NCBI GenBank assembly: GCA_965209155.1
Contig: OZ242383.1
Span: 3,968,001-4,032,000, forward strand
Direction: 5' to 3'
From: a bacterium
Lineage (GTDB): Bacteria > SAR324 > NAC60-12
Length of the DNA: 64,000 nucleotides
Part shown: positions 20,865-31,032 of the stretch, piece after piece
Position numbering within the stretch: the first letter of the stretch is position 1
Layout: every line of letters begins with the position of its first letter
Made by a program: the position numbers and the translations under genes
The notes under the pieces: model-generated
Databases searched by the model: none
What the model was told of the DNA's origin: nothing
What the model saw: the letters and a program-made list of their open reading frames with translations, nothing else

Positions 20865-20971
20865 TGTTTCCCTCAGCGAAATTGTTTTGGGGGTTAGAAG
20901 AATTTTTTAGATTAAATAGCGAATTTTCCTCTTCTCTTTGAGGAAGGTCAAGAAAAAAAAGAAGCAGCGCC

Positions 20972-21268
20972 TTACGTACGTTTTCCAAATGCAGTTTGCC
21001 ATGCTAAATAGTGCTGGTCTAAAGCTTGCCGAATATACGTTTTGATTACGGCTTGACGACTGATGTTTAACTCCTTTGCAACTGCATCTAATTCTTTTAG
21101 CATCTCAATATTAAAATCGACATTAACCCTTTGAATTTTATCTTTGCCAAGAGGAGGTCTTACTTTAAAGCTATTTGTGAAATATTTTGAAACGTCTTCC
21201 CCATTGGCGGCCATTTCAGATATTTCATCTATCGTGGGAGCATTGTTTTTCTTAGATGTTTTCTTCAT
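20972..21268 (-). CDS. BrnA/CopG-type antitoxin (C-terminal ribbon-helix-helix)
   Basis: GEDVSKYF and RVNVDF...LDAVAKELNISRQAVIK. Confidence 0.8.
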   Translation of the reverse strand: MKKTSKKNNAPTIDEISEMAANGEDVSKYFTNSFKVRPPLGKDKIQRVNVDFNIEMLKELDAVAKELNISRQAVIKTYIRQALDQHYLAWQTAFGKRT

Positions 21269-21710
21269 AAGTTTTCATCTCCTGTTTAGTGGCTTTCCAA
21301 AGCGTGACAAGATGATAGTATTCTCCCTCCTTATCTTCCCGCGCTTCATACACAACAGTATACAGTTTTCCTTGTACCCAGCCTGTTGCTCGATATTGAT
21401 TGGGATAATCAACCTCCACCAGCATCACAACTTGAGGATCTCCCTGGAACTCACTCCATTCAGGGTTCCATGTGACACAATGCACGGATTCCGCATTGGC
21501 TTTCGTGAGCGAACGCATGATATCGAAGTGATGAACCAAGGCTTCAATCAGCAGGGGATCCGCAATGTCATAGGGGTACTCCAATCCCCATTGTCCGCGT
21601 TTGCGACAGGTCCATGTGTTACGTCCCACCAGATAGTCCAAACGACCATAGTGGCCCGAATGAATTTGGCGTTGCAGAGTTTGTTTGTCTTGATTGAAGC
21701 GGTGGCTCAT
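21252..21710 (-). pseudogene. Chimeric ORF: Gfo/Idh/MocA oxidoreductase fragment fused to the 3' half of a BrnT-like toxin
   Basis: N-part HRF...G.YGRL...LLIEALVHHFDIMR; C-part YRATG...YTVVYE...LVTLWKATKQE, overlapping the antitoxin start. Confidence 0.55.
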
Positions 21711-21725
21711 CTCCTTATTGCTATT

Positions 21726-22817
21726 CTAGGGATTTCCTCCGGAGGGAAGGACATCGGCCAGTTGGTCACGGACCCCGTGGGGGTCGAAGAGGGCTTCTAC
21801 CTGAGCCCAAGTGGTGGGATCCACCGGGATGCCTTGGGTCAATCGCTCTTGGCGCGTCTTGGCAGATCTTTCCCCCGGAAAGAAAACCCCGCTCGATCCT
21901 TCCATCAGGGGGGTGTTTTGAAGGTATCTCATCATCTGTTGGACCTCGGCCCGGATGGTTTCCAGGGGCGCCATGCGGCCCAGGTCGATGACGAGTATCG
22001 TGGATCCTGCCCACAGATCCATCTTTCTTGGAGGGGAAGCGATCTGGCCAAGAAGTGCCCCGAAAAGCGCGACCATGACCGAGAGCGCATATCCCTTGTG
22101 GCCCCCTTGCATCCCGCCGACGGGTAAGTGTGCCCCACCATCGAAGAAATCGTTAGGGTTCCGACTGGGGACCCCATGCTTATCAATGATCCAAGTATCA
22201 GGAAGCTCCTGTTCCTTGTTACGGTACACCCGTAGCGTCCCATCAGCTGCCATAGAGCTAGCCAGATCAATAAGGATGGGGGCGCCTTCGGCATGAGGAA
22301 ATGCCATCGCTAAAGGGTTCGTCCCCAGTCGGGCCTCACGTCCTCCGAAGGGAGCCACGGTGGCGTATGGTCCTCCAGCCCAGCCCGAGAACATGAGGGC
22401 AGCCATGCCGGCCGCTGCTGCCATTTCGGGGTAGGCTCCGATTCGACCCGTATTGGTATGGTTTCCCATCGTCACCAAGCTGAATCCATGATCACGAGCC
22501 TTCTCGATCGCCATTTCAGTCGCTCGTGTGGCAACCACCTGACCAAAGGTAGAATGGCCATCGATCTGGAGGATCGCCCCATGGTTGCCAACAACTTCCG
22601 GCTCTGCCTTCGGATCAAGTTCTCCGTCCTCAATGTTTTTCAGGTACTGGGGGATGCGAATGAACCCATGGGAATCGTATCCCGCAAGATTGGCATTGCC
22701 CAGGTGGTCTGCGACGATACCAGCGTGGCCGGCCGTGGCTCCTCCCGCCTGCATCATCACATCGGTTATCCGGACAATCTGATGTTTCGTCAATATTGGC
22801 ATGTTCAGCTCCTTCAT
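21726..22817 (-). CDS. Ldh_2 (malate/L-lactate/sulfolactate dehydrogenase) family oxidoreductase
   Basis: GYDSHG, GTNPLA, GGHKGYAL, PGE motifs. Confidence 0.9.
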   Translation of the reverse strand: MKELNMPILTKHQIVRITDVMMQAGGATAGHAGIVADHLGNANLAGYDSHGFIRIPQYLKNIEDGELDPKAEPEVVGNHGAILQIDGHSTFGQVVATRATEMAIEKARDHGFSLVTMGNHTNTGRIGAYPEMAAAAGMAALMFSGWAGGPYATVAPFGGREARLGTNPLAMAFPHAEGAPILIDLASSMAADGTLRVYRNKEQELPDTWIIDKHGVPSRNPNDFFDGGAHLPVGGMQGGHKGYALSVMVALFGALLGQIASPPRKMDLWAGSTILVIDLGRMAPLETIRAEVQQMMRYLQNTPLMEGSSGVFFPGERSAKTRQERLTQGIPVDPTTWAQVEALFDPHGVRDQLADVLPSGGNP

Positions 22818-22831
22818 ATTCAGTTAGATAG

Positions 22832-22868
22832 CTCCCCTCCCCTGGAGGGAGGGGTTGGGGGAGGAGGA
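22832..22868. repeat. Intergenic GC-rich REP-like hairpin
   Basis: cccctccc-ctgga-gggagggg followed by ttgggggagg. Confidence 0.5.
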
Positions 22869-22890
22869 TAATTGGTTTTAAAACAGCTTC

Positions 22891-23982
22891 TTAGCGGTGA
22901 TAGAGGGAATCGCCCTCGTGGAAGACGTGAATTTTGGGGGGCTTGGCGGTCAGTTTGACCGTGTTGCCGCGCAAACCTGTATGGATGCCCGGCAGCTTTG
23001 CGAGCATGGCATCCTTGTCCTGCACCCGGTCAAAGTGGAGCAGGGTCACCTCGCCCAATTCCTCGGTGATGCTCACCTTGCCCTCGAATATATAATCGCC
23101 GTCGGTTTCTACCAAATCCTCCGGCCGAACCCCAACCTTGACCTTCAGGCCTTCCTCCGAGCTTCGCGTCGGGGCAGCCGAGACGGCAACCCCGCCGGTC
23201 ACGAGTTTGATGGTGGTCTGCTCTCCCGTGCCGACGACTTCGCCGGGAAGCAGGTTCATGGCGGGTGAGCCGATGAACTGGGCGACAAACTCGTTTTGGG
23301 GCCGGGTATACAGTTCCAACGGTCTGCCGACCTGAGCAATGCGCCCACCGGGGGTGAGCAACACGATGCGGTTCGCCAGGGTCATGGCCTCCACCTGATC
23401 GTGGGTCACGTAGATCATGGTGCTCTCGGGCATCGACTCCTTGAGCTGGGCAATCTCAATCCGGGTGGCCACCCGCAAGGCGGCATCCAGATTGGAGAGC
23501 GGCTCGTCGAACAGGTAAACCTTGGGGTCACGCACGATCGCTCTACCGATGGCCACCCGCTGACGCTGGCCGCCGGAGAGCGCCTTGGGCAGTCGTTCGA
23601 GATAGGGCTCCATCTGGAGAATCCGCGCGGCCTGCGTGACGGTGGTATTGATCACCTGACGCGACTTCCTGGCAAGCTCGAGGGCAAAGCTCATGTTCTT
23701 GCGCACGTTCATGTGCGGATACAAGCCATAGGACTGGAACACCATCGCGATACCACGCTGGGCCGGTGGCACATCGTTGACGACCTGCCCTTCGATCTCC
23801 AGCGTGCCCGACGTGATGGTCTCAAGCCCGGCGATCATGCGCAATAGGGTCGTCTTGCCACAGCCTGACGGCCCGAGTAAGACGATCAGTTCACCCTGCT
23901 CGATATCAAGATTGATCTCCTCGAGGGCCTTGACCGCTCCTCCATAGATTTTTTCGACGTTGGTCAGCTTCATTTCGGACAT
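22891..23982 (-). CDS. Sugar ABC transporter ATP-binding protein (MalK/AglK-like)
   Basis: GPSGCGKT, LSGGQRQR, YVTHDQ; RBS before ATG 23982. Confidence 0.93.
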   Translation of the reverse strand: MSEMKLTNVEKIYGGAVKALEEINLDIEQGELIVLLGPSGCGKTTLLRMIAGLETITSGTLEIEGQVVNDVPPAQRGIAMVFQSYGLYPHMNVRKNMSFALELARKSRQVINTTVTQAARILQMEPYLERLPKALSGGQRQRVAIGRAIVRDPKVYLFDEPLSNLDAALRVATRIEIAQLKESMPESTMIYVTHDQVEAMTLANRIVLLTPGGRIAQVGRPLELYTRPQNEFVAQFIGSPAMNLLPGEVVGTGEQTTIKLVTGGVAVSAAPTRSSEEGLKVKVGVRPEDLVETDGDYIFEGKVSITEELGEVTLLHFDRVQDKDAMLAKLPGIHTGLRGNTVKLTAKPPKIHVFHEGDSLYHR

Positions 23983-24029
23983 TGGTCCTCCCTGTTTATA
24001 TAGGGGTAGCGGTGTTTTTAGAATTCTAT

Positions 24030-25193
24030 TCACCCTTTGATCGATCCGGCCAACAGGCCACGCGCGAAATATCGTTGCATGGTCAAGAAGACCACCAACG
24101 GCACCGCCATGGAAATGAAGGTCGACGTCGCAATGAGTTCCCAGTTGCCATGCCACATTCCAAGCAATTTGGTAAGTTTATGTGTCATGACCTCGTTGTC
24201 ACCGGTGTTGTCGTGCAGAAACACCATGGGCCCCAGGAGATCGTTAAACGTCCACAGAAACTGGACGATCGCCCACGAGGCGAGCGCCGGAATGCTGAGC
24301 GGCAGAATGATCCTGATAAAAATCTGGAAATCAGTCGCACCGTCGAGCTTGGCGTTTTCGATAATTTCACGCGGTATGCCGGCCATGTAGTTGTGCAAAA
24401 GAAAGAGGGCGAACGGAAGTGTGAACGCGGAATGGGCGAGCCACATGCCCAGAAAGCTCTTTCCGATACCGATGTCCAGATGCAGCTTCAGTATGGGGAT
24501 CAAGGAAATATGGGGCGGAAAGGCAAGGCCCACGACGACTGCCGCGATCAACAATGCATTGCCTCGGAATTTCATCCAGGCAAGCGCGTAGGCGGCAAAT
24601 GCGGCCATCACGATCGGGATAATCGTCGACGGAATTGCCATGATCAGCGTGTTGAGAAAGGCCTTCGTCATAGTTTGGCTGTTCTTCTTGTCGAACAGCA
24701 TAAAGTAGTAATTTTCGAGCGTAAATTCGGGTGGCCCTCTTGTCGTGACGAATACGCGTTGTCCGCGACCGCTCAACTGATCGTCGTTGCCGCGCCAGAC
24801 GTAGTCGCCGTTAGCCTGAACAGTGATACTTTCGCCGTCTCCCAGGTCGGCCACGTCACCAGGAACATAGGCATCAATCGCTCGCGACGAGGTGCCCCAG
24901 ACGGTAATCTTCTTCGAGGCCCCCTCGCCGAACAGGTTGCCCGAGACCGTAAAGACGTCGCCGTCAGCCACGCGAAAGTCGTCCGGATCGGCGGCCCGGT
25001 GAATTTCGTTTATCTCTAATGGAAAGAGCGCTAACCACCATCCTGAAGAATAGATCTGGGCTCTGGTTCGTAACGAAGAGACGAACAGACCCAGCGTCGG
25101 AGCCACCCACACCGCGACCAGCAAAGCGACTGTGATGCGCACGACCCATCTGTTGAGCAATGATTTGGTTTCTACTATTCCGTCCATGTTCAA
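24030..25193 (-). CDS. Carbohydrate ABC permease (AglG-like)
   Basis: EIIENAKLDGA EAA motif, periplasmic insert, GLLAGSIKG end. Confidence 0.88.
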   Translation of the reverse strand: MNMDGIVETKSLLNRWVVRITVALLVAVWVAPTLGLFVSSLRTRAQIYSSGWWLALFPLEINEIHRAADPDDFRVADGDVFTVSGNLFGEGASKKITVWGTSSRAIDAYVPGDVADLGDGESITVQANGDYVWRGNDDQLSGRGQRVFVTTRGPPEFTLENYYFMLFDKKNSQTMTKAFLNTLIMAIPSTIIPIVMAAFAAYALAWMKFRGNALLIAAVVVGLAFPPHISLIPILKLHLDIGIGKSFLGMWLAHSAFTLPFALFLLHNYMAGIPREIIENAKLDGATDFQIFIRIILPLSIPALASWAIVQFLWTFNDLLGPMVFLHDNTGDNEVMTHKLTKLLGMWHGNWELIATSTFISMAVPLVVFLTMQRYFARGLLAGSIKG

Positions 25194-25206
25194 TCTTCCC
25201 TATTTC

Positions 25207-26418
25207 TTAGCGGTTTCTGTACACATTATAGATCATAATCGGCGACACGAGCAGCACCAGGATTATCACAGAGGCCGACCCGACGCCAAAGTCGAGGTCT
25301 ACGAACAGCGTGCGGTACAAGTAATTTGCCAGGACCTCCGTTTCCCAATTACCGTAGGTCATCGTAAAGACAATGTCGAAAACCCTCAACGCGACCACAA
25401 AGATCATGGTCCACACCACGACGATTGTGCCGATGATTTGCGGGATCTTGATGCGGAAAAATAACTGGAAGGGCTTCGCGCCGTCGATGATGGCGGCCTC
25501 AACCGTTTCCTGCGGAATGCCGCGCAGTGCCGCCGAAAGGATCACCATGGCTAAGCCGGTCTGGGTCCAGATCAAAGCGGCCATCAGGAAGAAATTGTTC
25601 CAATACGGTATCGACAGCCAGGATTGGGGTTTGCCGTAAGTCCAGGTGATCGTGAACACATCGATCACGTTCAGAAGCGCCAGGATGGCAAGATAGGCCG
25701 CTACCGCGCCGGCAACTGTTCGCAGAGCCGCGCCGATGTTTCCGCCTTTTCGTTCTTCCGGAATGAAGAAGGGGCGCAGGAACAGGTAACAGACATACGC
25801 CGCCACCGCGGCGAAGCCCAACAGGATGATGGCTGGGAATATCCGCAGAAAAAAAAACGAGCCGATCCCGCCTTCGAACTGCATCCAGACCGCGTTGAGA
25901 ACCCCTACCTCGGTGCGGCCATCATAGATCAGCAAGAAGGCCATCGAGGCGCCGACAAACGAGTACGCCATGGGCATGAAGATGAACGTCCTGGCGATGT
26001 TGCCCCAGGCAATGCGGTCCGTCAGTTGGGCGACCAAGAGACCAATCGTCGTCGACGCAGTGGGTACGACGCTCAGCCACAAAATGTCGTTGCGCCACGC
26101 TTCCAAGAACATTTTTTGACTGAACATCTCCTGATAATTCGCAAGACCGACAAACGCACCGCCCGCATCGCGGTCGGTGAAAGACAAGCGCAGTGTTTCG
26201 AAAATCGGGTAGACCAGGTAGACCCCCCCCACGAAAATGACCGGGAAGCTGAACAACCACGGCCGGATCATGTTGGCACGATTGATGTTATCTCCGGCGT
26301 TCTTGCCGCGCGGCGGGAACAGGACTTTGTCGAGCAACTGATTGGAGAGGTAGAAGTAACCAAGGCAACCACCGACACCGATGATGATGATGATGAGACC
26401 CTGGAGTGCCGTGTTCAT
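25207..26418 (-). CDS. Carbohydrate ABC permease (AglF-like)
   Basis: FVGLANY, LIWTQTG, ETVEAAIIDGA. Confidence 0.88.
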   Translation of the reverse strand: MNTALQGLIIIIIGVGGCLGYFYLSNQLLDKVLFPPRGKNAGDNINRANMIRPWLFSFPVIFVGGVYLVYPIFETLRLSFTDRDAGGAFVGLANYQEMFSQKMFLEAWRNDILWLSVVPTASTTIGLLVAQLTDRIAWGNIARTFIFMPMAYSFVGASMAFLLIYDGRTEVGVLNAVWMQFEGGIGSFFFLRIFPAIILLGFAAVAAYVCYLFLRPFFIPEERKGGNIGAALRTVAGAVAAYLAILALLNVIDVFTITWTYGKPQSWLSIPYWNNFFLMAALIWTQTGLAMVILSAALRGIPQETVEAAIIDGAKPFQLFFRIKIPQIIGTIVVVWTMIFVVALRVFDIVFTMTYGNWETEVLANYLYRTLFVDLDFGVGSASVIILVLLVSPIMIYNVYRNR

Positions 26419-26510
26419 GTCCGCGATCCGTCTTAAATATAGTCCATGTGTGTTATTGTCCTAATAAGCTCATCCATCACAGGGAGGAGGCTGTGAATAC
26501 TTTCTTTGGT

Positions 26511-27176
26511 TTACCCACCAGTGGCCCAGTCCACACCATTCAGAACGATCTTCTGAAACTCCGCGGTCTGACAACTCTGCCCATCATGCCCCAGCAAAAA
26601 AACGAAGACTTTTCCATCGCCATACTTGCGAGTCCACCCTAAGGGTACGGACCCTCCCGGAAAATCTTCGCTTGTACCAGTGATGAAGACATCATTACCG
26701 TCTCTGTACGCAAGACCCATGTAGAGTTCATCGTATGTCGTGAAGTCTGCTACGCCGTGGACCCCCGGATGTTCCGGATCGCTCACCTTCACGGTGACCT
26801 TGCCGTAAGGGGGATGGAAGCTTTTTCCGTCAATCCAGCCTCCGCCGGTAATGTCGTGGTATTCCAGCCAGTTGTAAGGCAGATAACAGGCGATGTGGAG
26901 ACAGACGAGGCCTTTACCCGAGCTTATAAAATCTTTTATCCCAACTTGTTCGTTTTCGGACCAGGTAAAAGGTCCGTGGTTGAAACGTAAGCTGTTATCC
27001 CGTTGCGTATTGAAGACCAGCGCATCGTAGCCTTTCATGGTGGCAGGCTCTCTCAGGACGGAAGCGTCTTCCGTAACGCGAACCCCATGACCGGCCGCCT
27101 TCAGGAAATCTTCAATAATGGGCGTGGTTACCACATAGGGGTGGTACATTCCTCCAGAAATTATCAGCAGCTTCAT
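26511..27176 (-). CDS. ThuA-domain protein
   Basis: GKGLVCLH, DELY, GKVFVFLLGHD, NGVDWA. Confidence 0.85.
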   Translation of the reverse strand: MKLLIISGGMYHPYVVTTPIIEDFLKAAGHGVRVTEDASVLREPATMKGYDALVFNTQRDNSLRFNHGPFTWSENEQVGIKDFISSGKGLVCLHIACYLPYNWLEYHDITGGGWIDGKSFHPPYGKVTVKVSDPEHPGVHGVADFTTYDELYMGLAYRDGNDVFITGTSEDFPGGSVPLGWTRKYGDGKVFVFLLGHDGQSCQTAEFQKIVLNGVDWATGG

Positions 27177-27254
27177 TGATTACCTCCTGAAATTGTTTGA
27201 TCGGATACCATGATTACCTCCTAAAATTGCCGCTTTTGGCCCTTTAATGGTTGA

Positions 27255-28007
27255 TTACCAGGCGGTGTATCCCCCGTCGATGACCAGTTCGCTTCCGGTC
27301 ATGAAGCATGATTCGTCCGAGGCCAGGAAAAGAACACCGAAAGCCACATTCTCGGGCTCACCGTAGTGTCCCAAAGGGATGCGGGACAGCAACAATTGAT
27401 GCATTTCCGGGTCGCCGATTCCGGGCTCGAGCATCGGCGTGAGAACGGGTCCCGGGTGCACCGAGTTGGCCCGGATGCCCTCTCCGGCGTATTGAATAGC
27501 AGTTGCCTTAGTGAACAGCCTCACCGCGCCCTTAGACGCCTGGTACTGAGGACTGGCGGTGTCGGTGCCCACCAAACCTACCTGGGACGATGTGTTGATG
27601 ATGGAGCCACCCCCGAACCGACGCATCTCCGGTATAGCAGCCTTGGTTCCCAGGAACATTCCTTTGGCATTGACCTCCATTACCCGGTCCCATGCTTCCA
27701 CCGTGGTGTCTTCTACTGTTCCCATGCCGCCGATTCCGGCGTTGTTTACCAGCACGTCCAGCTTCCCGAAGCGGGCGACGGTGGACGCCACGGCTTGCTG
27801 CCACTCAGCCTCGCTGGTGACGTCCAACCTGAGGAAGAGGCACTCGCCGCCAGTTTCATTAATTTCGGTCTCGGTCTGACGCCCTTCTTCTTCCAGCACG
27901 TCTCCGATGACCACTTTGGCCCCTTCCCGGGCGAACAGCTTGGCCATCGCCGCGCCGATGCCCCTGGCACCCCCGCTGATAAAAGCGACCTTGTCTTTCA
28001 GCCTCAT
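27255..28007 (-). CDS. Short-chain dehydrogenase/reductase
   Basis: SGGARGIG, NNAG, YQASK. Confidence 0.93.
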   Translation of the reverse strand: MRLKDKVAFISGGARGIGAAMAKLFAREGAKVVIGDVLEEEGRQTETEINETGGECLFLRLDVTSEAEWQQAVASTVARFGKLDVLVNNAGIGGMGTVEDTTVEAWDRVMEVNAKGMFLGTKAAIPEMRRFGGGSIINTSSQVGLVGTDTASPQYQASKGAVRLFTKATAIQYAGEGIRANSVHPGPVLTPMLEPGIGDPEMHQLLLSRIPLGHYGEPENVAFGVLFLASDESCFMTGSELVIDGGYTAW

Positions 28008-29050
28008 AGTTTCCCTTCATCGTTGATCTTGGGAAGCAAGGCCACGGAACGGACTTCGCCAAATTCCCTTTGCAGCTTTTGCCACGAATCACCCCCGTCT
28101 TCGCTCACATACACATAGCCGAGGATGCTGGCCGCGACGATTACGTTGGGCCGCTCCTTGTGAGTGGCTATTCCATAGATATTGGAGTTGGGCGCTACTG
28201 GCAGAGGCACCGGTTCCCAGCTTTTGCCACCATCCTGAGTGCGCTGCACGGCACCGGTTGTACCCGGAATAAAATCGCCGTTGCCGACGAACATGACATC
28301 GGGGTTATCCGCTTTGATGACCATGCCCCGGCAGTAGGACCCGGAGTCTGCTTCATGGAATTTGGGGAAATAGTGATAATCCCAGCTTTCGCCTTCGTCG
28401 TGGCTGGTGGCGATCCCAAAGGGAGAAGTACAGTAGAATGCGGAACGGGCGCCAGTCTTCAGAGCCAAACTGTGAATGTCGCCGTAGAAGGGATTAGGCC
28501 CCAGATCGGGCAGGTGGACCCAGTTGTCGCCTCCATCCAGGCTCTTGTAAATCCCGTCAACCTCCATGCCGGCCCAGATGGTGCGGTTGTCCCTGGGATC
28601 TACGATCATGCAGGTGGTCCGCGGCGGTGAGGGAGGTTCAGTGACGGGGCAATTCATGTTGACTCCCATATGAAGCTTGCTCCAAGACCTCCCCCCATCC
28701 CTGGAGCGGAATCCCTCGGGCCGCGTGCCCACGAATAGGGTGTCCGGGTCCGTGGGGTCCACAGTCATTGACCAGACCTCGAGGTTCGATGTGGGGGCAT
28801 CCAGGTTTTCCCAGGTCGCGCCGCCGTCTTCGCTACGGAAAACGCCCCCGTCGGAACCGGCCAATACACCCCGGGGGTTGTCCGGATACACGCACAACGC
28901 CCTGACGTTGCCCTCCGTCGGTAGTGTGTTTTTCAGCTTGGGTGTGTGGTAGATTTCAGGGCGAATGTTGGTCCAGGAGTCACCTCCGTCGGCACTCACG
29001 TTCAGCCCTTGGCCAAGGGTGCCAATGAGGAGTGTGTAATCTATTGCCAT
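28004..29050 (-). CDS. BNR/Asp-box repeat beta-propeller protein
   Basis: Seven S/TxDxGxxW Asp-box repeats; no obvious signal peptide. Confidence 0.8.
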   Translation of the reverse strand: MAIDYTLLIGTLGQGLNVSADGGDSWTNIRPEIYHTPKLKNTLPTEGNVRALCVYPDNPRGVLAGSDGGVFRSEDGGATWENLDAPTSNLEVWSMTVDPTDPDTLFVGTRPEGFRSRDGGRSWSKLHMGVNMNCPVTEPPSPPRTTCMIVDPRDNRTIWAGMEVDGIYKSLDGGDNWVHLPDLGPNPFYGDIHSLALKTGARSAFYCTSPFGIATSHDEGESWDYHYFPKFHEADSGSYCRGMVIKADNPDVMFVGNGDFIPGTTGAVQRTQDGGKSWEPVPLPVAPNSNIYGIATHKERPNVIVAASILGYVYVSEDGGDSWQKLQREFGEVRSVALLPKINDEGKL

Positions 29051-29148
29051 CTCGCGTCTCCTTATTTGCTAAAAACCAGCAAATCCTTCCCATTGTGTTT
29101 GCGAAGGATCCCGAGCCTGATAGCCCGGGATCAGTATTGCGTCCAGGA

Positions 29149-30609
29149 CTACTTGTTCTTGTCCCAGACCTCTTGGACACGTCGTAACACGACGGCGGCA
29201 TCCTCGCCATTGACATAGTCCACCATGGCCTTGTTCAAGGCCCCACCGCCAACGGGTGCGGGCATAGTCTCGCCTACGTTGTACCGCCATGGATCCGCCT
29301 CGCCCATCAATTTATTCATAGCGGACATCGCCTTGTCTCTGTAAACCGCATTGTTGGCGTGCTTGTGCGCCGTCAGGAAGCCACCCTGAGCCATCCACAA
29401 CTCACTTGCAATCGGTGTCAGTAGCCACCTGATAAACCCTCTTGCTACTGGGCTGTCTTTGGTGATGGTAAAAAAGTGACCTCCGCCACCAATTGGCTTC
29501 TTGGGAAGATCCGGCCTGTTCGCCCGGGTCGGCATGTAGAAGAAGTCCCAGTCGCCGTATTCTTTATCTTTTGGGAAACAACACCCCGGCAAATACGATC
29601 CAATTGTGGCAGTCATGTAGCATTTCGGCGGGCTGGTGAAGATACCATTCCTGGCTGTGATCCAACTGGCGGTGCCCAAACTAGCAAAGTCTGCTACATT
29701 TTTTTCATTGGCAACCATTTCGCCATATCCCTCGAGTGCGGCAACGATTCGGGGGTCATCGACTGGGATTTCGTTTTTGTCATACATGTCGTACACTTCA
29801 ATAGGCTCTGTGCGCAGCAAATATTCTGCCATGAATGTTTGTGCCGTAAAACCCGTCGAACCCTCAGCAAACAGACCATCGCACCACGGTTTTTCGCCGT
29901 CGGCAACGATCCGAGCAATCAGCGCCTCCAATTCTTCCATGGTCTTCGGGATTTTGTAGCCCGCGTCCTCCCAGTTTTCGGGGACGTAATAGATTAAAGA
30001 ATTAATGTAGGTTTGGAAAACGACGCCGTAAAAATGATCTTTCCCGTCCGGGCCTTTCGCGGTGCCGTATTTAATCCAGCTATCGCCAGCGGCGTAGTTA
30101 TTGCGGATATAATCGGCTATATCATCATCGAGCGGGTTCAGGAAACCGCGCTTGGCCATGCCCGCGAGAAAACCTACCAGCGAGAATGCGGTGACATTCG
30201 CTGGTGATCCTGCTTCGAGGTTAGTCGTCACTTCTTGCTTGAAGTTCTGTGTACCGTTGTGGCGGACGTCGGCACCGGTCGCTTCTGCGAAATATTTCAT
30301 CGTCTCATAAATATTATCCCCAATTTCACCCGCAAATCTTGTGGTGACTGTGAGTTGCTGACCAGAATAGTCGTGCTCCATCGCGAAGTCGTGGTAGGTG
30401 TTCCAGCTGAATTCGCCTTCGCCAATCGGGAATTTGAGGTGGCCATCCGCATGCGCAACTCCCGTCAGGGCGAAGATAGCGACCATCAAAGTCCCTATAA
30501 ACCCGAATCTTTTTTTCATATTTATCTTTTTCATAATAATTTCTCCAAATACGATTGATTTCATATTTATCTTTTTCATAATAATTTCTCCAAATACGAT
30601 TGATTTCAT
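29149..30609 (-). CDS. Sugar ABC transporter substrate-binding protein (AglE-like)
   Basis: Signal peptide, FPIGEGEFSW, SLIYYVPE, IVADGEKPWC; true start ambiguous because of a 45-bp duplication. Confidence 0.85.
   Translation of the reverse strand: MKSIVFGEIIMKKINMKSIVFGEIIMKKINMKKRFGFIGTLMVAIFALTGVAHADGHLKFPIGEGEFSWNTYHDFAMEHDYSGQQLTVTTRFAGEIGDNIYETMKYFAEATGADVRHNGTQNFKQEVTTNLEAGSPANVTAFSLVGFLAGMAKRGFLNPLDDDIADYIRNNYAAGDSWIKYGTAKGPDGKDHFYGVVFQTYINSLIYYVPENWEDAGYKIPKTMEELEALIARIVADGEKPWCDGLFAEGSTGFTAQTFMAEYLLRTEPIEVYDMYDKNEIPVDDPRIVAALEGYGEMVANEKNVADFASLGTASWITARNGIFTSPPKCYMTATIGSYLPGCCFPKDKEYGDWDFFYMPTRANRPDLPKKPIGGGGHFFTITKDSPVARGFIRWLLTPIASELWMAQGGFLTAHKHANNAVYRDKAMSAMNKLMGEADPWRYNVGETMPAPVGGGALNKAMVDYVNGEDAAVVLRRVQEVWDKNK
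30514..30609. repeat. Perfect 45-bp tandem duplication covering RBS and start codons
   Basis: 30514-30558 identical to 30559-30603; translates as MKSIVFGEIIMKKIN twice. Confidence 0.95.
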
Positions 30610-30795
30610 TATTATCTTCCAAATCTAGTTTTTTGAGATTGAAGGAATAAACATACATTCTCTGCTAACATGATTTCCCCATAGGCTTCTCCTGATAAGG
30701 CAGTGAATGAAAAATTTCCCCCATCCGCTGCTTCGGAAGGGGATGGATGGACAATCAGCTTAGGGATACAGCATTCCAGAAACTTTATGTTCATC

Positions 30796-30812
30796 TTCAA
30801 GCAGTGTGCCAA
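30796..30812 (-). promoter_or_regulatory. Sigma54 (-24/-12) promoter candidate
   Basis: TTGGCAC-actgc-TTGAA versus consensus TGGCAC-N5-TTGC. Confidence 0.65.
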
Positions 30813-30888
30813 ATCTGAGGATATTCAGTTAACTTACTGTAATTATTATCTATTTTTGGAAAGAGGAGGATTGGGTATGCGAAACAGG

Positions 30889-30998
30889 AGTCTAAACATT
30901 TTGACTTAACTAGATCGGAAATCATGGTTAACTCATTGATATTCAATATTTATTCACAAAAATCTAAACCTTTATACTTAAGTCTAAGGTTTTTGACA
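30889..30998. promoter_or_regulatory. Three related 18-bp activator-site candidates plus an IHF consensus
   Basis: agtctaaacattttgact, aatctaaacctttatact, agtctaaggtttttgaca; TATCAATGAGTTA (WATCAANNNNTTR) on the minus strand at 30929-30941. Confidence 0.55.
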
Positions 30999-31032
30999 CT
31001 TTTTAACTTTATTATTTATGGACACATTGCGC

